Source: Hyalangium minutum (GTDB lineage: Bacteria; Myxococcota; Myxococcia; Myxococcales; Myxococcaceae). Taken from it: a DNA stretch of 124,000 nt. The stretch covers positions 144,001 through 268,000 of the forward strand of contig NZ_JMCB01000002.1 of assembly GCF_000737315.1 (NCBI RefSeq), given 5' to 3'. The position numbers and the translations under genes are program-made. Below, piece by piece: positions 105,811 through 116,200 of the stretch; positions within the stretch are counted from its first letter, which is position 1, and each line of letters starts with the position of its first letter. The notes under the pieces are model-generated. The model saw only the letters and a program-made list of their open reading frames with translations, had not been told where the DNA came from and did no database searches.

Positions 105811-105932
105811 GGTGTGCTTCCTTTCACGGTGAATCGGGCGCGGCGTGCGTCCCGAACGCTCCAAGAAATGCCTCAGCCTTCGCCCTGCGGAAACGCTGGA
105901 GTTCGCCGGATACCCCTGCGAATCTGCAGGCC

Positions 105933-106907
105933 ATGCCGCATTGGGATGACCTTCGCTACTTCCTGGCCATCGCCCGGGAGGGTTCACTCGCCTCGGCGGG
106001 ACGGGCGCTCCGGGTGGATGCCACCACCGTAGGACGGAGGCTCAGCGTGCTCGAGGAGGGGCTGGGGGCGCGGCTCTTCGACCGGATGCCCGCGGGCTTC
106101 GTGCTCACGGAGGCCGGGCGCAACATCCGCTCCGCCGTAGAGGAGATGGAGGCCGCCGTGCTCGCCGTGGAGCGCAAGGCCAGTGGGGATGACACCCGCT
106201 TGGAGGGCGTGGTGCGCGTCACCATGACCGAGGCCTTCGCCGTGAGCACGTTGCTGCCCCGCTTCGCCCCTTTTCGCGAGCGCCACCCTGGCATCGAGGT
106301 GCAGTTCCTCACCGACTACGGCGCCCTGGACCTCGTCCGGCGCGAGGCGGACATCGCCGTGCGCCTCACCCGTCCCAAGGAAGACACACTGGTGGCTCGC
106401 AAGGTGGGGGAGATCGCCATCGCCCCCTATGCCGCCGAGCGCTACCTGACTCGCAAGGGGCAGCCAGATCCAGCGTCCGGCTTCGCCGGGCACGAGGTCA
106501 TCGGCTACGCGGATGCGGCCTCGAAGTGGCCCGAGGCGCGGTGGGTGGGGGAGGTGGGGGCCTCGGCTCGGGTGGCGGTGCGCTGCAACTCGCTGCTGTC
106601 GGTGGTGGCGGCTGCCGCGGCGGGTGTGGGGATTGGGCTGATGCCGTGTTTCATGGGCGACAGGGATCCGGAGCTGCGCCGGCTGATGCCCCCCGTTTCT
106701 TCCCTGCGGCGCGATATCTGGCTGGTGGTTCACCGCGACTTGCAGCACAACGCGCGTGTGCGTGCCGTGCTTCACTTCCTTGACGAGCTCATCCAGCGTG
106801 AGCGCCCGCTCATCGCGGGAGAGGGGCTTGTCTCGCCCACGTCCGAGCCCGTGGCGCCCTCCCGGCCCCCTGCGGTGGCACGCAAGCCGAGGGCTCGCTC
106901 CGTATGA
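105933..106907 (+). CDS. LysR-family transcriptional regulator
   Basis: WDDLRYFLAIAREGSLASAGRAL..ATTVGRRL; divergent from the lipoprotein gene. Confidence 0.95.
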   Translation: MPHWDDLRYFLAIAREGSLASAGRALRVDATTVGRRLSVLEEGLGARLFDRMPAGFVLTEAGRNIRSAVEEMEAAVLAVERKASGDDTRLEGVVRVTMTEAFAVSTLLPRFAPFRERHPGIEVQFLTDYGALDLVRREADIAVRLTRPKEDTLVARKVGEIAIAPYAAERYLTRKGQPDPASGFAGHEVIGYADAASKWPEARWVGEVGASARVAVRCNSLLSVVAAAAAGVGIGLMPCFMGDRDPELRRLMPPVSSLRRDIWLVVHRDLQHNARVRAVLHFLDELIQRERPLIAGEGLVSPTSEPVAPSRPPAVARKPRARSV

Positions 106908-107809
106908 TGGCGGTCATCAGCTTGCTGGGCGTGTGCCTGGTGCTCGGAGTGCTCGCGCGTCGCACAGACCGTTTTCCACCGCAGACGGTCCCGGTGCTCA
107001 ACTCGTTCATCATCGCGGTCGCCTTGCCTGCGCTCGTACTGCGCGTGGTGCACAAGTTGGAGTTCCATGCCGCCCTGCTGGCGGCCGCCGCTTCGCCGTG
107101 GGTCGTCTTCGTGGTGGCGGTCGCGCTGTTCCGCGGCGTGGGGGCTCGTGTGGGGCTGAAGCGGGAGTCCATCGCCGCGCTCGTGCTTACGGGGGGCCTG
107201 AGCAACACCGCCTTCGTGGGCTTGCCCATGGCCGAGGCGCTGCTGGGACGCGAGGGGCTCGCGGTGGCGGTGGTGGTGGATCAGCTCGGGACCTTCCTCG
107301 TGCTGGCCACGCTCGCGACGCTCTTCGCCGCGCGGGCCTCCGCGGGAGAGGGCGAGGCCCTTCGCCCCGCCGCGCTCATGCGCAAGGTGGTGACGTTCCC
107401 ACCGTTCATCGCGCTCGTCCTGGCGTTGGTGCTGCGGCCGCTGCACTTCCCGGAGTGGGTGGACACGGTGCTGGAGCGGCTGGGGTCGACGCTCACGCCG
107501 CTCGCGCTCTTCTCCGTGGGGTTTCAGCTCCAGCTCCGAGGCTTGAGGGCCAGGGCCGGTGGGTTGGCCCTGGGATTGGTCTTCAAGCTGGTGCTGGCGC
107601 CGGCGCTGGTGGTGCTCGCGCTATGGGCCCTGCCGGTGGAGCCCATCGTCCGCAAGGCCACCCTCATGCAGAACGCCATGGCCCCCATGGTCAGCGGTGC
107701 CATCCTGGCCTCCGAGCACAAGCTGGATCCAGAACTCGCCGCGCTCATGGTGGGCTTCGGCATCCCCCTGAGCTTCCTCACCGTGCTGATATGGATGCAG
107801 TGGGTGTGA
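106904..107809 (+). CDS. AEC (auxin efflux carrier) family transporter
   Basis: VALPALVL, NTAFVGLP, PPFIA, TPLALFSVG, AMAPM. Confidence 0.9.
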   Translation: MMAVISLLGVCLVLGVLARRTDRFPPQTVPVLNSFIIAVALPALVLRVVHKLEFHAALLAAAASPWVVFVVAVALFRGVGARVGLKRESIAALVLTGGLSNTAFVGLPMAEALLGREGLAVAVVVDQLGTFLVLATLATLFAARASAGEGEALRPAALMRKVVTFPPFIALVLALVLRPLHFPEWVDTVLERLGSTLTPLALFSVGFQLQLRGLRARAGGLALGLVFKLVLAPALVVLALWALPVEPIVRKATLMQNAMAPMVSGAILASEHKLDPELAALMVGFGIPLSFLTVLIWMQWV

Positions 107810-107834
107810 GGACGCGCAATTCGGAAGTCCTATA

Positions 107835-108680
107835 TTGAAAGTGGGGTCTCCCTTGAGAGTGAGCGCCTATTGCCTGTGTGGGCTCTTGGCGGTGGCGTGC
107901 GCCGCGCCGAGCTCGGGGACGGCCTTCCGTGAGCCCACGGACTGTGTGCTCGATGCGCAGCCGGAGGTCATCCCGGTTCCCGAGCCCATCGAAGGTGAGC
108001 TCAACGAGGCGTTCGACTTCCCCGATTCGCCCGGGTGGTGGGCTCCCGCGCCCATAGACCCCGAGCGTGAGCAGTACCGCGCGGCGCTGGTGTCCCGATT
108101 GGGCGGTGGGCAGGGTCTCCAGCCCCGGGCCCTCATGGAACGGCAGCGTGCCGTCCACGTGACGCTCCCAGGCGACCGCGCCCGCGAGGCCGAGAACATC
108201 GACGCTATCCTTCAAGGCAGGGCCGGCACTCTGGGCACGGCCTCCTGTCTGGAGTGGCGTCTCTTCCAGCGTCAGGCGCACCGCTTCCCCATGATCGAGC
108301 GTCCCACGGAGTTCGGTGCCTACGTCCTGCGCGGCCACGGGCGCATTCGCGTCTATCTCTCGGGCGCCGATCGCGTCGGCGGGAAGCTGCGCCATGAAGT
108401 GCGAGACCAGGTCGTCGCCGATGTGGCTCAGGGATTCGCGCCCGTGGCCCACCTCCACAACCACCCGTTCATGTTCGACCGCAAGCCGGGAGACCGGACC
108501 TGGGCCACCGAGGACACCCTCCAGGACATCGCCGGAGCGCTCTCTCCCAGCCTCACCGATGTGCAGGCCTATCGCGGGATGCGCGAGCACTTCGGACTGC
108601 AGGGCGCCTGGGTCACCAACGGGCTCGACACCTCGCGCTTCTCCGCCGCGGACTTCGATCGGCTCTCCGCGTGGCCATGA
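107835..108680 (+). CDS. Hypothetical lipoprotein with JAB-like motif
   Basis: LAVAC lipobox; HLHNHP...SPSLTD. Confidence 0.65.
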   Translation: MKVGSPLRVSAYCLCGLLAVACAAPSSGTAFREPTDCVLDAQPEVIPVPEPIEGELNEAFDFPDSPGWWAPAPIDPEREQYRAALVSRLGGGQGLQPRALMERQRAVHVTLPGDRAREAENIDAILQGRAGTLGTASCLEWRLFQRQAHRFPMIERPTEFGAYVLRGHGRIRVYLSGADRVGGKLRHEVRDQVVADVAQGFAPVAHLHNHPFMFDRKPGDRTWATEDTLQDIAGALSPSLTDVQAYRGMREHFGLQGAWVTNGLDTSRFSAADFDRLSAWP

Positions 108681-108698
108681 ACGCGCCGCCGCGGACGC

Positions 108699-109220
108699 TC
108701 ACGCCAGCTTGCGCGTGAGCTCCACGAACACCGTCTCCCTCGCACCTCGGAGCCTCGGCGGGAAGCGCTTGTCCTCACGGTAGCCCTGGCGCTCCCAGAA
108801 GCGTCGCCCGCCCTCGTTCTGCTCCGCGCAGGCCAGCCGCATCCGCCACGCCCCCTGCGAACGCGCCCAGTCCTCCGCCGCTCGCAGCACGCGCTCGCCC
108901 AGCCCCTTTCCGCGCACGCCCGGCTCGAAGAGCAACAGCCCCAGGTACCACTCGCCCGGCTCTCGGAAGTCCCGCAGCAGATCCAACGCGCCCACCAGCC
109001 TCGGGCGAGGCGTGAAGAGGCCGAAGAAGAACTTGTCCGCGAGCAACTTGCCCGGCGGTAGCTCCTTCAGTTGGTGGCTGGCTTCATCCGGACCGGCTGG
109101 CTGGCCTTCAATGAGCACGTGGTAGTCCGCGCACGCGTCGCACAGCGCCTGGAGGGCCGCCGCGTCCTTCTCATCGAGCCGGCGCACTGTCAGGCCGGTA
109201 TCCGCGGGGATTTGCAGCAC
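108699..109220 (-). CDS. GNAT acetyltransferase
   Basis: GLLLFEPGVRGKGLG, NEGGRRFWERQGY. Confidence 0.9.
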   Translation of the reverse strand: MLQIPADTGLTVRRLDEKDAAALQALCDACADYHVLIEGQPAGPDEASHQLKELPPGKLLADKFFFGLFTPRPRLVGALDLLRDFREPGEWYLGLLLFEPGVRGKGLGERVLRAAEDWARSQGAWRMRLACAEQNEGGRRFWERQGYREDKRFPPRLRGARETVFVELTRKLA

Positions 109221-109327
109221 TCCGCGACTCTCGCACAGGCAACTCGCAGAGGAACAACTTCATCGGGGCGCGAGGGCGTGGTGCCTCCGCCTCGCTCCTC
109301 CCTTCATGTAGGGGAGGAGCCGTGGCT

Positions 109328-109534
109328 CTACGCGTTGGCCGTGGCCGCGTACGTCAGCTCCAGGCCGTTGCCCTTCACCTTCATCCGCGGCCGCGACAGC
109401 CAGTGGCACTTCGGGCAGTAGCTGCTCGCCCCCGCTGGCGTCGCGCGGATCGTCACCTCTCCACCGCACAGCAGGCACCCCTCGGGGAGGGTGAACTCCG
109501 CGAACCGATCACCTTTCAGCTCTGGAATCATCAT
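109328..109534 (-). CDS. Small zinc-ribbon protein
   Basis: CLLCGG...CPKCHW. Confidence 0.65.
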   Translation of the reverse strand: MMIPELKGDRFAEFTLPEGCLLCGGEVTIRATPAGASSYCPKCHWLSRPRMKVKGNGLELTYAATANA

Positions 109535-109692
109535 GTCTTTGACGTAACGCAGAATTCGCGCATCACAAGTCGACCGTTCACCTTCGCGGCATTGACAGCA
109601 GCCAGCCAGGCGAGCCCTCCTGAAGTCTTTACAGAGGCACTCTCAAGTGTTGCTCCTGCACGCCGCAACCCCTTGAAACCACTGCCCCCGGT

Positions 109693-109708
109693 TGGCACGC
109701 GTCTTTCA
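109693..109708 (+). promoter_or_regulatory. Possible sigma54 promoter (variant -12)
   Basis: TGGCACGCGTCTTTCA: perfect -24, TTTCA instead of TTGCA; about 30 nt before ATG 109738. Confidence 0.35.
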
Positions 109709-109737
109709 AGCAAAAGCATCCCGAGGGGGAGGGGTGG

Positions 109738-109971
109738 ATGGCGGATATCGATCAAGTGGTGCTGTTCCAGGATCGGCAGGGGTGGAGTGTGAAGGTGCTC
109801 CTGCGCAAGGGGGGCTCCCGGCGCTACCGCTACGCCAGCGAGGCGCAAGCGCGCTACTTCGCCGCCGTGTTCGAGCTCGGGCCGCGGCAGTTGCCGCCCA
109901 CCGCGCAGGTCAGCCGCCGCATGCGACGGAGTGCCTCCTCGGGCGCACTCCCCGTGGACCGGATCGGGTAG
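109738..109971 (+). CDS. Small hypothetical protein
   Basis: GGAGG RBS; 77 aa. Confidence 0.6.
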   Translation: MADIDQVVLFQDRQGWSVKVLLRKGGSRRYRYASEAQARYFAAVFELGPRQLPPTAQVSRRMRRSASSGALPVDRIG

Positions 109972-110058
109972 CCCGGCGGCCCGGCCGCCTGGCGGGAGGT
110001 TTCCACTACCCAAGCGGGCACGTTTCGGAGAGGCTGTGTAGGTTCGCAGGAGATCACC

Positions 110059-110340
110059 ATGAGCGACACCTCCAAGCCCTTCGTCCTTCCCTCCCACCGT
110101 GAGCAGGTCACCCTGGAGCCGGATCCGGCTGGCCGCTGGTCCGACAAGTTCCCCGAGATGATTGGCTACAAGAGCCAGGGTGGCGGCAAGGTGCCCGCGG
110201 ACTTCACCTGGCGCACCAATCCCAAGCAGTGGCAGGAGGAGATGACGCCGGAGACGCTGGCCGAGCGCTACGAGAAGCGCCGCGTGCTGCCCGCCGCTCC
110301 CGCCGCTCCCGCGCTGCCTGAGGGCGCCAAGAAGGAGTAG
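110059..110340 (+). CDS. Small hypothetical protein
   Basis: AGGAG RBS; 93 aa. Confidence 0.65.
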   Translation: MSDTSKPFVLPSHREQVTLEPDPAGRWSDKFPEMIGYKSQGGGKVPADFTWRTNPKQWQEEMTPETLAERYEKRRVLPAAPAAPALPEGAKKE

Positions 110341-110359
110341 GCGCGTCTTTCGAGCCGCT

Positions 110360-111541
110360 TCAGTGGAACGGAAGGGCCGCGAGCCGCTCCCGGAACATCT
110401 CCAGCGCCTCGCGCAGCTCCACGTCCTCCAGCCCCTCGCCAGGGGCGCGGCGGTGCTTGCGCAGGAAGGCATCGAAGGCCGCCGAGCGGCCATAGAGCTG
110501 GCTCGCCCTCTCCAGGGCCTCCAGCAGCACCCGCTCGGCTCCCGGTGAGCCCAGGTAGAGGTGCATCACGGCCTGCTCCAGCTTCGCGCCGCAGGCCGCC
110601 CACACCGCCCGGTCGTGCACCGTGAGCACCTGGGTGGTGAGCTCCTCGGCCACCCGCTCCAGCACCGCCAAGACCGGCTGCACCGCGCGCAGCAGCACCT
110701 CGCCCTCCACCCGGGGCTCGCGCGCCAGCTGCTGCAGCTGCTCGCGCAGCTCGATCAGGGTCCGCTTGTCGCGGGTGCGCATCGTCAGCGAGGCCGGCAT
110801 CGCCGCGAAGGACGAGAGGCTCTCCTCCACCTGCCGCGCGAGCGCCGGGAGCCCCTCGGGCGCTGTGCGCGCCACCCGCTCGAGCTTGCTCTGCAGCGAG
110901 CGGCGCAGGTCCATCACCGCGCTTCGCAGCCCCACCGCCGCCGCCATCTGCAGCCCGAACCCAGGGACCACCTCTTCGCGGCTCACTGCCTCGAAGGCCG
111001 CCGCCGTCAGGTACACCAGGTCTCCGATTCGCGAGCGGAAGTCGAGGCGGAAGGACTGCAGCTCCGTCATCAGCGCCCAGCGGTCCGTCACCACCTCCGG
111101 GCGGCGAACCCGCTCGCCCAGATCCGCCACCCGCCGCGCCAGCCGCTCCGCGCTCTGCTGGCAGACGGCCTCCACCTCCCGCGCCAGCCGCTCGTCCGCG
111201 CTGGCCGGGGGCGGCCTCCAGCCCGTGTCGCCTCCCGCCGAGCGCTCGGGGGCCGGGAACTGCGTGCGGATGACCGTGATGAGGTGGTTCACGTCTCCCA
111301 GCGTCTCTCCCAGCGCAGGGGCCATGGTCTCCCATAGCGAGAGGTCTGCTCCGTCCGGCTCGGCCGTGGTGGGCTCGTACTTGACGATGCTCAGGTACCC
111401 CAGCCGATCAATGGCCACCGCCGCGGCCCGGTACACCTGCTCCAACTGCTCGGCGTGCTCCCGATCCGTCAGTGCTTCGAGCAGCGCTTCGAGGCGCGGC
111501 GGGAGGGCGTCTTGAGGCGGGCGGGACATGGCCGTGAGCAT
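110360..111541 (-). CDS. Helical hypothetical protein
   Basis: 393-aa ORF with typical codon usage. Confidence 0.7.
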   Translation of the reverse strand: MLTAMSRPPQDALPPRLEALLEALTDREHAEQLEQVYRAAAVAIDRLGYLSIVKYEPTTAEPDGADLSLWETMAPALGETLGDVNHLITVIRTQFPAPERSAGGDTGWRPPPASADERLAREVEAVCQQSAERLARRVADLGERVRRPEVVTDRWALMTELQSFRLDFRSRIGDLVYLTAAAFEAVSREEVVPGFGLQMAAAVGLRSAVMDLRRSLQSKLERVARTAPEGLPALARQVEESLSSFAAMPASLTMRTRDKRTLIELREQLQQLAREPRVEGEVLLRAVQPVLAVLERVAEELTTQVLTVHDRAVWAACGAKLEQAVMHLYLGSPGAERVLLEALERASQLYGRSAAFDAFLRKHRRAPGEGLEDVELREALEMFRERLAALPFH

Positions 111542-111662
111542 AGGGATGGGAAAGCTCGGGTATCAGGAACGTCTAACCGGGACGCTACCGCAAGTCCGAG
111601 AAAACCCCTCGATCGAGGCCACGAGCAAGGCTAGACACGGGCGCCTGCCCTCTGGAGCCCCC

Positions 111663-113216
111663 ATGCGCCTGAGCCTTGCTTCCCTTTTGGCCATTCTCTG
111701 TGTCAGTTGCAGCACTACCCCTCCGCCGTCTCCCACGCCTCCTCCGCCTCCCACGCCTCCGCTGTCGCCCGAGGCCACCGCCGTCTTCGCCCGCGCCGAG
111801 GCGCCCGGTCCTGGCGCCGCGCTCGTGGTGAACCTGGACGCCTTCGAGGCGCTGGGGCTCGCGGGCAAGGGGCCCACGATGCAGCAGCTGGCCAGCGTGT
111901 CCACCGCCATCATGTCCCAGCTCTCGACGGCGGAGGGCTCGGAGGGCCAGTTCTTCGCCCGGGGCGCCGTGGTGAGCGCCCTGCTGCGAGACTGGGCGAA
112001 GTGGCCCGGCCTGCGCCGTATTGCCTTCCTCGTCCCCTCGGACCGCGTCCTGGCGGACGGGGCTGGGGTTCTCCCCCAGGTGGCCGTGGGTGCATTGGCT
112101 GTGGATGAGGGCTCTCCGGACAACGCCCAGCTGCTCTCCGCCGTCGTCGCGCTTGTGCGTGCCGCGGCCGTGGAGGTGACACGTGAGGGCGCTGACCCCC
112201 GCGTCGTTCTCCAGGGACAGGACGTGTGCGTGGTGGGGAAGGAGCTGGGCTTCCCGGTGTGCGTCCGTCCCCGGCGCGGGCTGATCCTGTTCGGCACGCC
112301 CACGGCCCTGGGGGCGCTCGAGGCGCTGCCGCCCGTCACCGCACCGGCTGCCGCTCCCGGTGAGGCACCGCTGCTGCTGGGCCTGCGCGTGGATTTGGGC
112401 GCCAAGGGCCGCGCGCGCCTGGCCTTCACCGGCCGCGATGCGGTGCGTCTCGCGCTCCACGTGGAGGGCACCACCGCGAAGGACATCGCCATGGCCGAGT
112501 CCTTGGTGAAGAAGGCGCTCACGGATTACGACGCGCACCAGGCCGAGGTGCGTCAGCGCATCGCCACCGGCCTGTCCGAGGTGCAGCGCTCCATTGCCCA
112601 GGATCCCGCCGCGCCGGCCACGCTGAAGCAGGCGGCCACGGGCCTCACCGCGGACCGGGTGGTGGACGAGAAGGGCTACTGGGCCCAGGCGCGCCAGTCC
112701 GTGCAGGTGTCCTCCACGCAGGACAGCCTCTCCCTGTCGCTCACCGTCCCCGCGGGTGCGGTGAAGGACATGTCCGAGCAGATGGCCTCCGGCGGCACCC
112801 CCGTGGCCCTGGTGGGCATCATGGCCGCCATCGCCATCCCCAACTTCATCAAGTTCCAGGCGCGCGCCAAGCAGTCCGAGGCGAAGATGAACCTCAAGGC
112901 GGCCTATGTCGCCCAGCGCGCCTACGTGATGGAGAAGGACCGGTTGGGCCGCACCTTCGAGGAGATCGGCTTCGCGCCGGAGCCGGGCCGCCGTTACACC
113001 TACTGCATGGGCAAGCAGTGCCTGCCCTGTGACAGGAAGGACTGCAAAGTGGCGCCGGAGCCCTCGCCGTGCCAGGGGCTCACCACGCTGGGCAAGAGCG
113101 CGAATGACAACTTCTCCATCTGCGCGTACGGCAACGTGGACTCGGACGCCGCCTGGGATGTGTGGGTCATCGACAAGAGCGGCGAGCCGGAGAACCTGAG
113201 CAACGACATGGAGTAA
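111663..113216 (+). CDS. Lipoprotein with C-terminal type IV pilin (PilA-like) domain
   Basis: LCVSC lipobox; C-terminal GIMAAIAIPNFIKFQARAKQSEAKMNLKA...IGFAPE..RY...GNVD.D..DVW. Confidence 0.85.
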   Translation: MRLSLASLLAILCVSCSTTPPPSPTPPPPPTPPLSPEATAVFARAEAPGPGAALVVNLDAFEALGLAGKGPTMQQLASVSTAIMSQLSTAEGSEGQFFARGAVVSALLRDWAKWPGLRRIAFLVPSDRVLADGAGVLPQVAVGALAVDEGSPDNAQLLSAVVALVRAAAVEVTREGADPRVVLQGQDVCVVGKELGFPVCVRPRRGLILFGTPTALGALEALPPVTAPAAAPGEAPLLLGLRVDLGAKGRARLAFTGRDAVRLALHVEGTTAKDIAMAESLVKKALTDYDAHQAEVRQRIATGLSEVQRSIAQDPAAPATLKQAATGLTADRVVDEKGYWAQARQSVQVSSTQDSLSLSLTVPAGAVKDMSEQMASGGTPVALVGIMAAIAIPNFIKFQARAKQSEAKMNLKAAYVAQRAYVMEKDRLGRTFEEIGFAPEPGRRYTYCMGKQCLPCDRKDCKVAPEPSPCQGLTTLGKSANDNFSICAYGNVDSDAAWDVWVIDKSGEPENLSNDME

Positions 113217-113277
113217 CAGACCAGGCAGGCAGGCACTTCCCCCCGGTCCGGCATAGAGTGGGGCCGGGGAGGAAGAC

Positions 113278-116200
113278 ATGAACGTCCGGTCCCGCCGCCG
113301 GCTCATTGCTGGCGGCATCTGTGCGGTGCTCGCGGGAGTCTCGCTCGCTGTTCTCAGCTCGCAGAGGTGTTTGTCCGCCTGGATCTTCCAGGGCGTGAAG
113401 GTGAGGCAGTGCCCGGATGGGCGCTTCCGGCAGACGGTGGGGCTGCAGGTGGATGGGCTGGCCCGTGAGCGCAGCGGCTCCGTGCGCGCCTGGGCCCTGG
113501 CCCATGGCGTGGGCAAGTCCTACAGCCAGGAGCTGCTGGCGCGCATGAAGCCCTCGAAGGCCGAGCTGGTGCTCCTGGATGCCGCGGGCCAGGAGACGCC
113601 GCTGAAGCCCGAGAAGGACTGGAAGCGGGAGGACAACGGAGACCTCTGGGCCGAGCTGAAGCTGCCCGCGCTCCCCGATGGCGACTACCGGCTGCGCGCT
113701 CGCATCACCACGCGCCTGGGCACGGACACCGTGGAGACCGCGCTTCCTTTATATGCACCCGCGCGAGTCCACGTTCTCACGGATCGCCCGCTCTACGAGC
113801 CCGGCCACCGCGTGCAGTTCCGCGCCGTGGCCCTGCGCGCCAAGGGACTGAGCCCCCTGGATGGGCGCCCGGGGACGTGGACGGTGGTGGACCCCAACGG
113901 AGACGTGGTGGTGGAGGAGCGGTCCCCCGCCGGTCCCTGGGGCGTGGTGTCTGGTGCCTTCCCGCTGGACCGCGGCGCGCCCACGGGCACGTGGACCGTG
114001 CGGTGGCTGAGCGGTGGCACCAGCGGAGAGGCTTCCTTCCGGGTGGAGCCCTTCACCCTGCCGCGCTTCCGGGTGGAGGCCTCCAGCCCTCAGGCCTTCT
114101 GGCGCGCGGGTGACGCGCCCGTGGTGGAGGGACAGGTGCTCTACAGCTCTGGAGCGCCCGTCGCGGGCGCGAAGGTGTCGCTGGAGTGGAATCACTTCGG
114201 AGGCTGGCCGCCTCCCACCGAGTGGTTCGATGGAGGCGGGCTGCCCGTCGCGGCGAAGGCGGATGCGGCCGGCCGCTTCCGGGTAACTCTGCCGCGCGTG
114301 CCTCAGGATCTGCGAGGCCAGGTCACGCTCTCCGCCAGCGTGGCGGCCACGGACCCTGCGGGCGATACCGTGCGCGGTGGCGTCTCCCTGCTGCTCTCCG
114401 AGGATGCGCTCGCCGTCTCCGCCGTGACCGAGCTGGAGTCCGGGTTGGTGGAGAACTACAGCAACCGCGTGTTCATCCGGGCCACCACTGCGGATGGGCA
114501 GGCGCTCCCAGGCGCCGAGCTCACCGTGAAGCGCGCGTGGGACCCCAAGGATCCGGGTGTGAAGACAGTGGCGGACGAGGATGGGGTCGCGTCCTTGCAG
114601 CTGGATCCGGGCGTCGCCGTCAACGTCGTTGTCCCCGCCATGCCCGTGCGCCGCAAGCCGCTGCCGAACCCGGTGGAGCTGATGGGCTCGAGTGACCTGC
114701 TCTCTCGCGACGAGGAGGCGGGCCTGGGGGATCAGGTGGCCCTGGAGAAGTGGCTGCCCGCCTTCTTCCCCTGCGCGCGCTTCATCGTCCCCGACTCGGC
114801 GGACACCGACCAGCAGCTGTCCGTCCGGGTGAGCTCCAGCGGAGCGGTGGTGGATGTGGTGGGCGAGCAGGGGCGGCTCTCGGCCTGTCTCGCGGATGCA
114901 GCCCGCACGCGGACGCTGCCTCCGGGGCGCGAGCGCATGCTGAACCTGACCCTGCAGCTCGTGGATCCCCAGCTGCCCACGCTCGGGGTCGAGATGAAGG
115001 CCGCGAACGACGGGCCCGTGGATTCGCGGCTCTATGCGGCGCTGGAAGAGGCGGCCCGTGATGCGCGCCCGTGTCTGCCCGCGAAGCTCTCCGAGGCGTC
115101 CGATGTGCCCGCCACCCTCCGGTGGCGGCTCCGGGCAGGCCAGAAGGATGTGGAGGTGGGGTGGGTGCCCGTCGAGAAGCAGGAAGGCGTCCCGATGCTC
115201 TCCTCCACGGTGCTCTCCTGCCTCCAGGCCCGGTTCTCGCGCCTGTCACTGCGCGATAGCTCGGATGAAGAGGTGGAGGCCTCGGACGAAGAGAGGGCAG
115301 GAGGGACCAAGGCGCAGCAGGACCAGATGGGCGTGGCGCTTCTCACGGCGGAGCCCGCGGAGGGCGATGGAGGCGAGGCTCGGGCGCAGGACACCACGCG
115401 CCTCGGCTTCGAGCTGATGGTGAGCGCCCAGGTGGAGGGCAAGGATGCCGGCTCTACGAAGCTCTTCCTGCCGCCCACGCGGCTGCCCACTCAGCGTCTG
115501 CGCGCCACACCTGCGCTGGCTCGCGCTGGCGAGGAGGTGCGTGTGGAGCTGCTCCGAGGTCCTGGCTTCAGTGGCTCACTGCCAGAGAAGCTCTGGTTGA
115601 GCGCGGGAGGAGAGCGGCTGGAGTCCCAGGTGGATTCGAAGTCCCGCGTGGCGACCTTCCGCCTGCCGGAGCAGTTCGAGGGCTGGGCCCAGGTGGACTG
115701 GGGAACAGCGGTGGCTCGCATCTACGTGGCGCCTCGCGCGCAGCTCTCCGTGGAGGTGGCTCCTGAGAAGCCCTCCTATGCTCCCGGTGAGGTGGCCCGC
115801 CTGCTGCTGCGCACCCGTGTGGATGGGAAGGACGGCCCCGCCGCCGTGGGCCTCTTCGGTGTGGATGAAGGGCTGGCGCAGCTGGCCTCGCTGCCGGGGC
115901 CGGGAGTGCTTGGGAGCCTGAGGCCCGCGCCCACGCTGGTCAGCTCCGCGTTCGGAGTGCTCGATGGACAGGCGCTCGCCATGGGCCGCATCCGAGGCGC
116001 CAACGCCGTGGCGGCCACCCTGCTGCGCGTCAGCTCGGCGCCCACCGTGGAGGAGTCGGACCCATCGCTGTCGCTCACCGCGCAGGCCGCCTTCGAGCCG
116101 GAGGCGGAGCTGACGGAGCCCTTCTACCGGGTGCTCGCTGAGCTGACCTCCCAGGTGCGTGTCTGGGAGGAGAAGGCTCCGGAAGGGGAGACGCTGAGCC

